Below, in pieces: positions 7,132 to 15,394 of a stretch of 64,000 bases of DNA. Location: contig CAZVFH010000001.1 in the NCBI GenBank assembly GCA_964626415.1, positions 400 to 64,399 of the forward strand, given 5' to 3'. Numbering within the stretch: position 1 is the stretch's first letter; every line of letters begins with the position of its first letter. A model generated the notes under the pieces. The model was not told where the DNA came from. It worked only from the letters and a program-made list of their open reading frames with translations, and did not search any database. A program made the position numbers and the translations under genes. Origin of the DNA: an uncultured Candidatus Saccharibacteria bacterium. Its GTDB lineage: Bacteria > Patescibacteriota > UBA1384 > XYA2-FULL-43-10 > CAINNR01.

Positions 7132-9345
7132 ATGCAATTAAAAGATTATCAAGAAGATGCAATCGAAGAATTGTTAGAGGCGACAAAGCAACTTTTGAAT
7201 TATGAAAATCAAAAGTTGGTTTTGAAAGCGCCAACCGGTTCGGGAAAAACCATTATAATGGCCGAATTTTTAAAACAGTTGACAGAAAATCCCGAAATTA
7301 GGCAACCGCTTTCCTTCATTTGGACTGCGCCGAGAAAACTCCACATTCAAAGCAAGGAGAAGCTAGAAAATTATTTTGAAGAAAACTGTGCCTTGAAATG
7401 TTCATTTTTTGAAGATTTAGATGACCGAAAAATAGATGAAAATGAAATTTTGTTTTTCAATTGGGAAAGTATAAATAAAAAGGATAATGTTTATATCCGC
7501 GATAACGAGCAAGAATTTAATCTATCAAAAGTTGTAGAAAGAACAAAAGAGGAGGGACGAGAGATCATATTAATTATTGACGAAAGCCATCACCATGCAA
7601 AAAGCGATATATCACAGGAATTAATAAAGATGATGGGGCCGATATTAACCATTGAGGTTTCGGCAACACCCAAAATGGAGGAGCCAGACGAAATGGTAAA
7701 TGTCCACTTGGAAGATGTTAAAGCAGTGGGCATGATCAAAAAAGCCGTGATTATCAACGATGAGATTGAAAATTTCTTGAAACATAACAAGATAATCTCT
7801 GGGTTAAGAACTGGCTCGGAGGAAAAAGTTTTGGATTTAGCAATTCAAAAAAGAAGAGAATTAGTTAAGGCTTTTAATCAAGAGGATGTTGCGACGATCA
7901 ACCCGTTAATATTGATTCAGCTGCCGGACAGAAAATCTCAAATCGAAGACGAAGTTAAAGAAAGAATAATAAAATATTTAAAAGACAAACATAATATTAG
8001 TGTTGAGAATGGAAAATTAGGGGTTTATCTTTCGGAAAATTACGAAAACCTTGAAAATATAACCAAAAATGAAAGCGAAGTTGAGGTTTTGATATTTAAA
8101 CAGGCGATTACAATAGGCTGGGATTGTCCAAGAGCGCAGATTTTAGTTTTGTTTAGATTTTGGAAAAGTCTAACTTTTTCTATCCAAACCGTAGGCAGAA
8201 TAATGAGGATGCCCGAACTTCATCATTATACAGGTCATCAAATTTTAAATTATGCCCACGTTTATACTAATTTAGAAAATATAGAAATCCAAGAGGACAT
8301 CTCCAAAGATTATATTACAATTTTCACAAGTAAAAGAATTAAAGATTATAAACCAATAAATCTTCTTTCATATTATTCAAAAAGGCAAAGAGAAAGAACA
8401 AGACTCGACCCCCGATTTATAAATATATTTTTAGAAACTGCAAAAAAAGAGAAGATAAAAGATAAAATCAATATTAAAAGTCAAAAATTTAACCAAGATT
8501 TTATCGCAAAGGCCGAGTTAAATAATATTGATGTAAAAGGGAAACTGCCGATTGTTGCCGAAAAAAGAGTAAAATATGTTGTCTCATCTTTAGATTTGCA
8601 AAAACTATTAGATTATTTTGCTAGAGATTCCCTCCCGCCAGAGTTTTATCCAGAAGATCGTTCAATTGCAAGAGTAAAAGAATCAATTTATCACTTATTT
8701 GAAAAAATATTTAATTTGACCTATGAAGACGAAGAAAAGATTGTTTCAATTTTATTGGACGAGAAAAATATCGATTATTTTAAAAACTTAATAAATATTG
8801 CCAAACAAAAGTATCAAGCAGAAGTTGCAAAAAGAGAGAAAGAATTAAGCTTAATTGAAGATTGGAATGTTCGCGAGATAATGAATTTTAATATAAATTA
8901 TTTTAGAAGTGATAAAAAAAGATCTGTTATGCAGCCATTTTACTGTGATAAAAAATGGAAAACAGAAATGGCTTTTATCGATTTTTTGGAGAAACAAAGT
9001 AATGTCGAATGGTGGTTTAAAAATGGAGATCGGGATGCAACATTTCTTGCCGTGCCATACGGCAATGGTGAACCAAAACCGTTTTATGTTGACTTTGTTA
9101 TCAAATTAAAAGATGACAGGATTGGATTATTTGATCCTCACGGTACACATTTAAGCGATTCGAGGACTAAATCAGACGGCTTATTAAGATATATTGACAG
9201 CGAAAATAAAAAAGATAAAAAACTTTTTGGTGGCATTGTCGCTAATACAGACCCGAGAAATTATTCTGGGCGATGGGTCTATTTCAACAAACTAAGTAAA
9301 GGGCTGGAAGATGATTTTAGTAATTGGGAAAATTTAGAATTATAA
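7132..9345 (+). CDS. res: Type III restriction enzyme Res subunit (SF2 DExH helicase-nuclease)
   Basis: 737 aa. Motif I APTGSGKT, motif II LIIDESHHH, motif III VSATP, motif VI QTVGRIMRM. The C-terminal FYVDFVIKLK..LFDPHG resembles a YxPDF nuclease core only weakly. Confidence 0.8.
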   Translation: MQLKDYQEDAIEELLEATKQLLNYENQKLVLKAPTGSGKTIIMAEFLKQLTENPEIRQPLSFIWTAPRKLHIQSKEKLENYFEENCALKCSFFEDLDDRKIDENEILFFNWESINKKDNVYIRDNEQEFNLSKVVERTKEEGREIILIIDESHHHAKSDISQELIKMMGPILTIEVSATPKMEEPDEMVNVHLEDVKAVGMIKKAVIINDEIENFLKHNKIISGLRTGSEEKVLDLAIQKRRELVKAFNQEDVATINPLILIQLPDRKSQIEDEVKERIIKYLKDKHNISVENGKLGVYLSENYENLENITKNESEVEVLIFKQAITIGWDCPRAQILVLFRFWKSLTFSIQTVGRIMRMPELHHYTGHQILNYAHVYTNLENIEIQEDISKDYITIFTSKRIKDYKPINLLSYYSKRQRERTRLDPRFINIFLETAKKEKIKDKINIKSQKFNQDFIAKAELNNIDVKGKLPIVAEKRVKYVVSSLDLQKLLDYFARDSLPPEFYPEDRSIARVKESIYHLFEKIFNLTYEDEEKIVSILLDEKNIDYFKNLINIAKQKYQAEVAKREKELSLIEDWNVREIMNFNINYFRSDKKRSVMQPFYCDKKWKTEMAFIDFLEKQSNVEWWFKNGDRDATFLAVPYGNGEPKPFYVDFVIKLKDDRIGLFDPHGTHLSDSRTKSDGLLRYIDSENKKDKKLFGGIVANTDPRNYSGRWVYFNKLSKGLEDDFSNWENLEL

Positions 9346-9486
9346 AAATTGTCGAAAAGCTTAATGCCGTGCAAAATTACAAAAAATCCCTCCTCTGCCA
9401 AAAATCCCTACTCCAAGAATTATTCGATTCGGTTTTGGATAAATCTATAAACGGAGAATTATCGTAATAATACAGAAAGGAATAAT

Positions 9487-9786
9487 ATGGTCCAGACATC
9501 AAAAGATATGTTAGTGGCAGTTGAAAAACTGGTTGATAAAACCAAAAGAGACTTAGTGGAAGCAAAAGAGGGATTGGAAAATTTAAATAATCAATTAAAA
9601 GTTGATGACATGATGTTTATTGAGCTAGAAGCAAAGAAAGACGAATTGGCAGAAGAACAAAAATATGTTGTTTTGGCAATAAAAGGCGAAATCATGTTAC
9701 AAAATAATAATATTTCAGAGCTGGAAGTTGGTCTTAAATTACTTTATAAAAAGCATGAAATATTAAAACGCGATTGGGATTTCTGA
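9487..9786 (+). CDS. Hypothetical coiled-coil protein
   Basis: 99-aa ORF with a weak SD (AAAGGA). Heptad-like, Glu/Lys-rich sequence with no recognisable domain. Confidence 0.4.
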   Translation: MVQTSKDMLVAVEKLVDKTKRDLVEAKEGLENLNNQLKVDDMMFIELEAKKDELAEEQKYVVLAIKGEIMLQNNNISELEVGLKLLYKKHEILKRDWDF

Positions 9787-9896
9787 GATAAAAATTATCC
9801 ACCTTTTCATATCCCCGTCATAGATTAGAGTGATGTTTATACATTGGCAAAAATGTAAAAATGACAATGAGTCAAATTTAAAATATTTGAGGTAAA

Positions 9897-10015
9897 ATGG
9901 ATAATGAAAATTGGAAAAAATTGAGAAGCTCAAAACCCTCCAGCTCGCCATCGCCGCCGGCCTCAGTAACCTTTCCAAATCAATCCTACACCAAGCATTT
10001 GAAGGAAAATTATAG
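9897..10015 (+). pseudogene. Chimeric remnant: N-terminus of the MDNE-type gene (as at 11775) joined out of frame to a Type I HsdS-like C-terminal tail
   Basis: ATGGATAATGAAAATTGG has one A fewer than the copy at 10724. The shifted frame reads KIEKLKTLQLAIAAGLSNLSKSILHQAFEGKL*, the typical C-terminal tail of restriction S subunits. Confidence 0.5.
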
Positions 10016-10244
10016 AAATCCGATTATACAATACATTATTAGTTTAGCAATAAAGTGATAATCTAATAGTCGAAAAACTTAATGCCATTCAAAATTATCC
10101 CACTTCGCTCTGAAAGCTTCGCGGGACAGGCAAAAAATCCATCCTCCATCGGAAATCTTTATTACAAGAATTATTTTATTCGGTTTTAAATAAACTAATG
10201 ACCCCACTGCGCTCAAAAAGCGGCGCGGGGCAAGAAGGAAAATT

Positions 10245-10631
10245 ATGAAAAAAACACTGACGGTGTTCGGTATAATCATTGCGATACTAGCTGTTTTTTA
10301 TATAATCGCGAGATTATTGCCGTCGAAAACCGTCGAGTCGATAGTCGGCAACGATAACGCAATTTCAAACATCGCTTGTTCTTATCCTGTTAGAGTTTCC
10401 GGCAGTTCAATGCAGGAGTATTTCAAAGAAGGAGAACTTGCGAATTTTGATAAATGTTTTGAGAGTTCAGAGCTTGCTTCGGGCAGGATTATCGTCTTTA
10501 AAGATCGAGATAATAATCGAATCGGAATAATTCAAGAAAGCGTGAACGATACATATAAAGTCAAACAATCAAATAGGAACGAAATATTTACCGTAAACAA
10601 ACAGGATGTTGTCGCCATATACGATAAATGA
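10245..10631 (+). CDS. Membrane-anchored S24/S26 (LexA/signal-peptidase-like) peptidase-fold protein
   Basis: 128 aa. N-terminal TM helix followed by VRVSGSSMQEYFKEGE (GxSM serine motif). No confident general-base Lys identified. Confidence 0.4.
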   Translation: MKKTLTVFGIIIAILAVFYIIARLLPSKTVESIVGNDNAISNIACSYPVRVSGSSMQEYFKEGELANFDKCFESSELASGRIIVFKDRDNNRIGIIQESVNDTYKVKQSNRNEIFTVNKQDVVAIYDK

Positions 10632-10879
10632 AGATAAGGGGAGAATAGGGGGGACTTCACATTTACTCAAATAATTAGTGATAAAAGAGCTATTCAAGAA
10701 AATAATAATCACAGAAGGAAAAAATGGATAATGAAAAATTGGAAAAAATTGAGAAGCGGGTTGAACTGCTTTCGCTGGAAGTTTGTATCATTTATCATAA
10801 TCTATTTCACAATCTAGTTCACATATCATAAACTAACTTACATTGAGCTAATCACATAGATTAGAGTAACATTTAAACA

Positions 10880-10909
10880 TTGGCAAAAATGTGTCAATAT
10901 CTGTATAAT
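10880..10909 (+). promoter_or_regulatory. Sigma70-like promoter TTGGCA-N18-TATAAT. It predicts a leaderless ArsR-like mRNA. Duplicated at 11390-11419
   Basis: The -10 ends at 10909 and the ATG at 10916 is 7 nt downstream. The ACATTT..AAATGT inverted repeat overlaps the -35. Confidence 0.4.
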
Positions 10910-10915
10910 CTAATT

Positions 10916-11194
10916 ATGGAGATTAAACAGATAAAAACTTTAGAGAGAGTGTTTAAGGGAGTTGGAAATCACTACCGAATTAAAACTCTTTTTCTAATTG
11001 ATAAAAGTCCAGAGATATCTTTGGATGAAATAGTCAGAGCATTAAAGGCAAATTATTTCACTATTTCTGAGCATGTAAACCGATTGAGAATTGCCGGCTT
11101 GATATCAAAAAAGTACAAAGGGAAATATGTTATTCATACTCTAACACCTTACGGCAATAAAATAATCACAATTTTAAACAACTTTTTTGATTAG
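10916..11194 (+). CDS. ArsR-family winged-helix transcriptional regulator, copy 1
   Basis: 92 aa from ATG 10916. ..VFKGVGNHYRIKTLFLIDKSPEISLDEIVRALKANYFTISEHVNRLRIAGLISKKYKGKYV.. has the ArsR/SmtB HTH pattern. Confidence 0.65.
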   Translation: MEIKQIKTLERVFKGVGNHYRIKTLFLIDKSPEISLDEIVRALKANYFTISEHVNRLRIAGLISKKYKGKYVIHTLTPYGNKIITILNNFFD

Positions 11195-11425
11195 AGTATT
11201 GTTTATACATTGGCAAAAATGTAAAAATGACAATGAGTTAAACTAAAAATCATCGAGATAAAAAATGGACAATGAAATGCTGGATAAAATTGGGAAACAG
11301 ATTGAACTACTTTCGCTGAAAGTTGATATTATTTATCATAAGCTAACTCACACTGAATCATTCTCATAGATTAGAGTAATGTTTATACATTGGCAAAAAT
11401 GTGCCAATATCTGTATAATCGAATT

Positions 11426-11704
11426 ATGGAAATTAAACAGATAAAAACTTTGGAGAGAGTGTTTAAGGGGGTTGGAAATCACTACCGGATAAAAACTCTT
11501 TTACTGATTGATAAAAGTCCGGAGATATCTTTAGATGAAATAGTCAGAGCATTAAAGGCAAATTATTTTACTATCTCTGAACATGTAAACCGATTAAGAA
11601 TTGCCGGTTTGATATCAAAAAAGTATAAAGGGAAATATGTCATCCACACTTTGACACCTTACGGCAATAAAATAATCACAATTTTAAACAACTTTTTTGA
11701 TTAG
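11426..11704 (+). CDS. ArsR-family winged-helix transcriptional regulator, copy 2 (tandem duplicate)
   Basis: Differs from copy 1 at 2 residues in the track translation (L11R in the spurious 5' extension, F37L). Confidence 0.65.
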   Translation: MEIKQIKTLERVFKGVGNHYRIKTLLLIDKSPEISLDEIVRALKANYFTISEHVNRLRIAGLISKKYKGKYVIHTLTPYGNKIITILNNFFD

Positions 11705-11774
11705 AGTATTGTTTATACATTGGCAAAAATGTAAAAATGACAATGAGTTAAACTAAAAATCATCGAGATAAAAA

Positions 11775-12089
11775 ATGGACAATGAAATGCTGGATAAAAT
11801 TGGGAAACAGATTGAACTACTTTCGCTGAAAGTTGATATCATTTATCATAAGTTAGTGCATAACGAATTGATACAAAATCAAAAACTAGATTGCCGATCA
11901 GAAGATGAGCTTTTTACTGAAGCAAAAATGATCGTCATTAAAGCCGGCGAGGCATCAGCATCTATTTTGCAAAGAAAATTAAAAATTGGCTATGCCCGTG
12001 CAGCGCGCCTTTTAGATCTGTTAGAATCCGAAGGAGTTGTTGGCCCAGCTTATGGCGCAAAGCCCAGAGATGTTTTAATTAAAAAATAA
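11775..12089 (+). CDS. Small FtsK/SpoIIIE gamma-domain (winged-helix, KOPS-reader type) protein
   Basis: 104 aa. The C-terminus ..GEASASILQRKLKIGYARAARLLDLLESEGVVGPAYGAKPRDVL matches the FtsK gamma-domain pattern. There is no motor domain. Confidence 0.7.
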   Translation: MDNEMLDKIGKQIELLSLKVDIIYHKLVHNELIQNQKLDCRSEDELFTEAKMIVIKAGEASASILQRKLKIGYARAARLLDLLESEGVVGPAYGAKPRDVLIKK

Positions 12090-12098
12090 AAAACAGTG

Positions 12099-12479
12099 AT
12101 GAATTCTTATTTAATTTTAGCTAATCTAATTGCCTTATTTCACGGATTCGTAGTTTTACCGATAATAACTTTTGGGCCAATAGTTTTACTTCTCAGCAAA
12201 AAACGAATCAAACGCCTTGAAAAAATTTTCATCTATCTCGGTCTACCAACGGTCTTGTCTTTTGTTTTTAGCGGTGGATGTTTTTTGACTGTTTGGGAAC
12301 AAGAACTTCGAAAAACTTCCGGTGTTTCCGGATATGACGGAGGATTCGTTCGGCACTATCTGGGAGAGATAGGGATTGAATTCCCCGATATTGCTACAAC
12401 TATTATTTTAACTATTCTGCTTAGCGCCGGCTTTGTCAAGCTGATTTGGAATTGGTGGAAGGATAGAAAAAGCATTTAA
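12099..12479 (+). CDS. DUF2784-like integral membrane protein
   Basis: About 126 aa with multiple TM segments. CFLTVWEQELRK..YDGGFVRHYL resembles the DUF2784 signature. Confidence 0.5.
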   Translation: MNSYLILANLIALFHGFVVLPIITFGPIVLLLSKKRIKRLEKIFIYLGLPTVLSFVFSGGCFLTVWEQELRKTSGVSGYDGGFVRHYLGEIGIEFPDIATTIILTILLSAGFVKLIWNWWKDRKSI

Positions 12480-12576
12480 TCCATTCATTCAAGAATTGAA
12501 ATAAAAATCATCAACAAAAAATTTGACTTGATAAATAGTTCAATAATTATCTCACCATAAATATTTGGGGAAATTC

Positions 12577-12614
12577 TTTAACACTACTCAACTACGTAGT
12601 TGAGTAGTGTTAAA
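12577..12614. repeat. 38-nt perfect palindrome TTTAACACTACTCAACTAC/GTAGTTGAGTAGTGTTAAA
   Basis: Perfect self-complementarity read directly. Same core as 12935-12970 and 33063-33090. Confidence 0.9.
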
Positions 12615-12679
12615 GGAGTGAAAATATTTATTATTTCGCAAATGCAAGAGGTCTTAAAAATCATTATTACTAATTAAAT

Positions 12680-12907
12680 ATGTATAAAATTATTGATTTT
12701 TGTCTAGATATGTTTTTTGGGCTTCTTATTTTCGTGATCGGTGTCTTGGTTTTTTATTTCATAATTTCTCAATTCTCTATCCAAACCGATTACCAGATGA
12801 GTTGGGAATTAATTATCAAGTCGGCTACTGTTGCCGGAGCGATTTGGTTCTTTATTGGTCAGATTGGCATAATAATTGATGAAAAAAAACCAGTTAAAAA
12901 AAAATAA
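12680..12907 (+). CDS. Small two-TM membrane protein (hypothetical)
   Basis: 75-aa ORF with two hydrophobic helices and a Lys-rich tail. Confidence 0.4.
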   Translation: MYKIIDFCLDMFFGLLIFVIGVLVFYFIISQFSIQTDYQMSWELIIKSATVAGAIWFFIGQIGIIIDEKKPVKKK

Positions 12908-12934
12908 CTTCAGCAATAGATAATTATGATAATT

Positions 12935-12970
12935 GTATCACTACTCAACTACGTAGTTGGGTAGTGATAC
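12935..12970. repeat. 36-nt palindrome GTATCACTACTCAACTAC/GTAGTTGGGTAGTGATAC (1 mismatch), upstream of yerC-like gene 2
   Basis: Read directly from the sequence. Confidence 0.9.
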
Positions 12971-12994
12971 AAAAAGTATTATAATATAATTAAT

Positions 12995-13273
12995 ATGCCT
13001 AAATTTGGAATAGACAAAGAAGCACGACAGCTTCTATATGACACAATAAAGAGAACCTCATCTGATGAGTTTGTCGAGTTAATTGAGTCATTGATGTCTT
13101 CGGCTGAACTTAAAGATCTTTCACGACGCTTGATGGCGGCAAAATATTTAAAGGAAAACTCAACATACGAAGAAATTGCTGATACAATGGGAATGTCGGA
13201 AAGTACAATAAACAAAATCCACTTTAAAACCAAAGGCAGTCCGATTATTAACAAATTATTTAAAAAGGATTAA
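12995..13273 (+). CDS. TrpR-related YerC/YecD-family DNA-binding protein, paralogue 2
   Basis: 92 aa, collinear with the 1478 gene at roughly 60% identity by eye. Shares the C-terminus STINKIHFKTKGSP..KLFKKD. Confidence 0.65.
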   Translation: MPKFGIDKEARQLLYDTIKRTSSDEFVELIESLMSSAELKDLSRRLMAAKYLKENSTYEEIADTMGMSESTINKIHFKTKGSPIINKLFKKD

Positions 13274-13337
13274 TTCAACACTACTATGCCCACTTATCGC
13301 AACAGGTTGCACAGTATGGTAGAGGAATGGAGGGGAG

Positions 13338-14846
13338 ATGTTTGGCAATTTGTTCACACTAGTTAAAAACAATAAGTTCTTTGTCATTGCCCTAATTTTT
13401 ATTATTTCTACCGGATGCGGACTCCTGCTTTTCATTGATAAAAACTTGGATAGTATTTACTTTATTCCTTCTGAAATTCGGATAAATGATGCGTTAAGGG
13501 AAGCTGGATCCGTAGTTTCGTTTGAGGGGACAGTTGAGGTTCTTTCAAGGGGGATTGGTAACTGGTGGCCAGTGGCTGCCAATCAAATTTTGTATGCCGG
13601 TGATTCCGTACGCACGGTGAATGCTTCGAATGCTGTGCTTCTTGTGGATCTCGAAGTTATAACACTTGGTGCCGAGAGCGAAGTTGAGATAAAAATCGTC
13701 AGTAAATCGAAAATTGTAATTGATCAAAAATATGGAAAAAGTTATAGTGCTGTTGAAAAAAAGGAAGGTCAAATTTATCAAATTAGAAAAGATGATGTAG
13801 AGATTACCGCTTTGGGAACAGAGTTCTTGGTTGATGTGTCGAAAAATGAAAATGTTATAAGTACATACGTGTTCAAAAACAAAGTATTGTGCAAACTTTC
13901 GAAAGGGGAGTTTGAAATTGCTGAATTAAATAAATCCTTGCTAAATACCTCTACTCTTGAAAATGTTAATTCTCCCTTGAGCAATGATGAAAAAGAGTTA
14001 AACAAGCCATACTTGGCACTTATGAAGAAATCTGAACAAATTATTGCCCAGAAAAAACAAGCAATAAAAAACAAAAGTGGATCAGCTACTACAAGTTCCG
14101 CCACCTCAACCAGCTCTTCAACAGCTTCGGGTAGCTCGGGTTCCGCATCAACTGGAAACTCCGGTGGATCTACTGGTGAATCTACGAATATTCAAGGAAG
14201 ATATAGCAACACATCAGTTGAAAGTATTGTAAATTCGTTAGCTTTAATTAAAGATGATGCAACTGGAGATTTTACAGAGCCAGGAGGAGGCGGTCCTCCC
14301 GGAGGCGTTTATCAATATTCTCCGATCGACTTGGATAATCTTTATATAGGAGTCCGTGATGGCAGGTTGTACATAAAATGGGCGCTCGCTGGTACTATAC
14401 CGTCTACTCGTCAAACAATAGATGATAACATTATTAAATCCGTGACATACAATATTAAACTCAGTAATGAAGCCGATCCGAATTCCAGCAATAATTGTGG
14501 TGGCACTACTGCATTTATTCAAATTAATATCCAATATCATGACAACGGACAAATTTGGTACAACCCATGGTTTAACGCGATATGTAATAATTCTGGACCA
14601 TATCAAACTGATGATGATTGGCGTTTTGCTACTACTGGTAACGGACTGGCTCACACTTACAACAGCGGGTTAGGAAAAAATTCAATTGTCTATAGCTACG
14701 CCATGTCTGATATGGGAAATTTCTTCAACGCAGGAGATACCTTAAAAATAGATATTTACAGCGAAGCCGAGAGTAATAATTGGGGACATTATTCATTTGA
14801 AGGCAATCCGCCCCCTTGGTCAAGCGTAGTCATTCCCGGAGTTTGA
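13338..14846 (+). CDS. Membrane-anchored secreted protein with FecR-like N-terminal domain and Ser/Gly/Thr-rich linker
   Basis: 502 aa. N-terminal TM, FecR-like beta-rich block (..ILYAGDSVRTVNASNAVLLVDLEVITLGAESEVEI..), low-complexity SSATSTSSSTASGSSGSAS, unknown C-terminal domain. Confidence 0.4.
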   Translation: MFGNLFTLVKNNKFFVIALIFIISTGCGLLLFIDKNLDSIYFIPSEIRINDALREAGSVVSFEGTVEVLSRGIGNWWPVAANQILYAGDSVRTVNASNAVLLVDLEVITLGAESEVEIKIVSKSKIVIDQKYGKSYSAVEKKEGQIYQIRKDDVEITALGTEFLVDVSKNENVISTYVFKNKVLCKLSKGEFEIAELNKSLLNTSTLENVNSPLSNDEKELNKPYLALMKKSEQIIAQKKQAIKNKSGSATTSSATSTSSSTASGSSGSASTGNSGGSTGESTNIQGRYSNTSVESIVNSLALIKDDATGDFTEPGGGGPPGGVYQYSPIDLDNLYIGVRDGRLYIKWALAGTIPSTRQTIDDNIIKSVTYNIKLSNEADPNSSNNCGGTTAFIQINIQYHDNGQIWYNPWFNAICNNSGPYQTDDDWRFATTGNGLAHTYNSGLGKNSIVYSYAMSDMGNFFNAGDTLKIDIYSEAESNNWGHYSFEGNPPPWSSVVIPGV

Positions 14847-14914
14847 AATCAAATATTTAGAGGGTACAAAGAATCATCGGAGATATTATTTATGGATTTA
14901 AAAAAATAAAATTA

Positions 14915-15208
14915 ATGATGAAAAAAAATTTAAATAAGCCATACGATAATTTCTCAAAAAATGACTTAATTTTACGTGATCATCTGGCGGCGGATAGGAC
15001 AATTTTGGCTTGCGAACGCACGCTTCTGGCTTACATTCGAACCACTCTAACAGCATTTATCGCAGGATTAACTATTATAAAATTCTTTGAGGGTATATAT
15101 TATAAGTATCTAGGGTTTGCATTTGTCGTGGTTGGGGTGATTGTAACGATTTATGGAATAAAAAGTTACCTCAAACTTAAACTAAAAATAGAAAAATTTA
15201 CAAAGTAA
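14915..15208 (+). CDS. DUF202 (YidH-like) membrane protein
   Basis: RDHLAADRTILACERTLLAYIRTTL is the DUF202 signature. Followed by 2 TM helices. Confidence 0.7.
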   Translation: MMKKNLNKPYDNFSKNDLILRDHLAADRTILACERTLLAYIRTTLTAFIAGLTIIKFFEGIYYKYLGFAFVVVGVIVTIYGIKSYLKLKLKIEKFTK

Positions 15209-15222
15209 ATATAGGAGGAATT

Positions 15223-15384
15223 ATGGCAATCGTCGAAGAATCGGAGTTTAAAGGCAACAAAATGATTGTTCTGAAAAATGATGAGGAGGATAAATATCCT
15301 TTTCAATTTGGTTTAAAAAAAGCAAAACTCGTTGTTGAGAATATTGATGAGATCAAAAAGTTCGTCGAAAAATATGATAAATAA
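15223..15384 (+). CDS. Small hypothetical protein (53 aa), below the ORF-track length cut-off
   Basis: AGGAGG at 15213-15218, 4 nt before the ATG. MAIVEESEFKGNKMIVLKNDEEDKYPFQFGLKKAKLVVENIDEIKKFVEKYDK*. Confidence 0.5.
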   Translation: MAIVEESEFKGNKMIVLKNDEEDKYPFQFGLKKAKLVVENIDEIKKFVEKYDK

Positions 15385-15394
15385 TTTATGTTTA

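Larger units (their letters stand above)
10857..11876 (+). repeat. Tandem direct duplication, 2 x 510 bp (operator/promoter + ArsR-like gene + operator + 5' end of MDNE gene)
   Basis: The unit starting TAGATTAGAGTAA at 10857 recurs at 11367, with only scattered substitutions by eye. Truncated MDNE ORFs lie at 10724-10831 and 11265-11369. Confidence 0.85.

Noticed and set aside
12577-12970. Integron attC sites: the palindromes contain ACTCAAC..GTTGAGT, which matches the RYYYAAC/GTTRRRY core consensus
   Set aside because: The palindromes are only 28-38 nt and perfectly symmetric, with no R''-L''/L'-R' architecture and no extrahelical bases. No integron integrase is in the window. The core match is probably coincidental.
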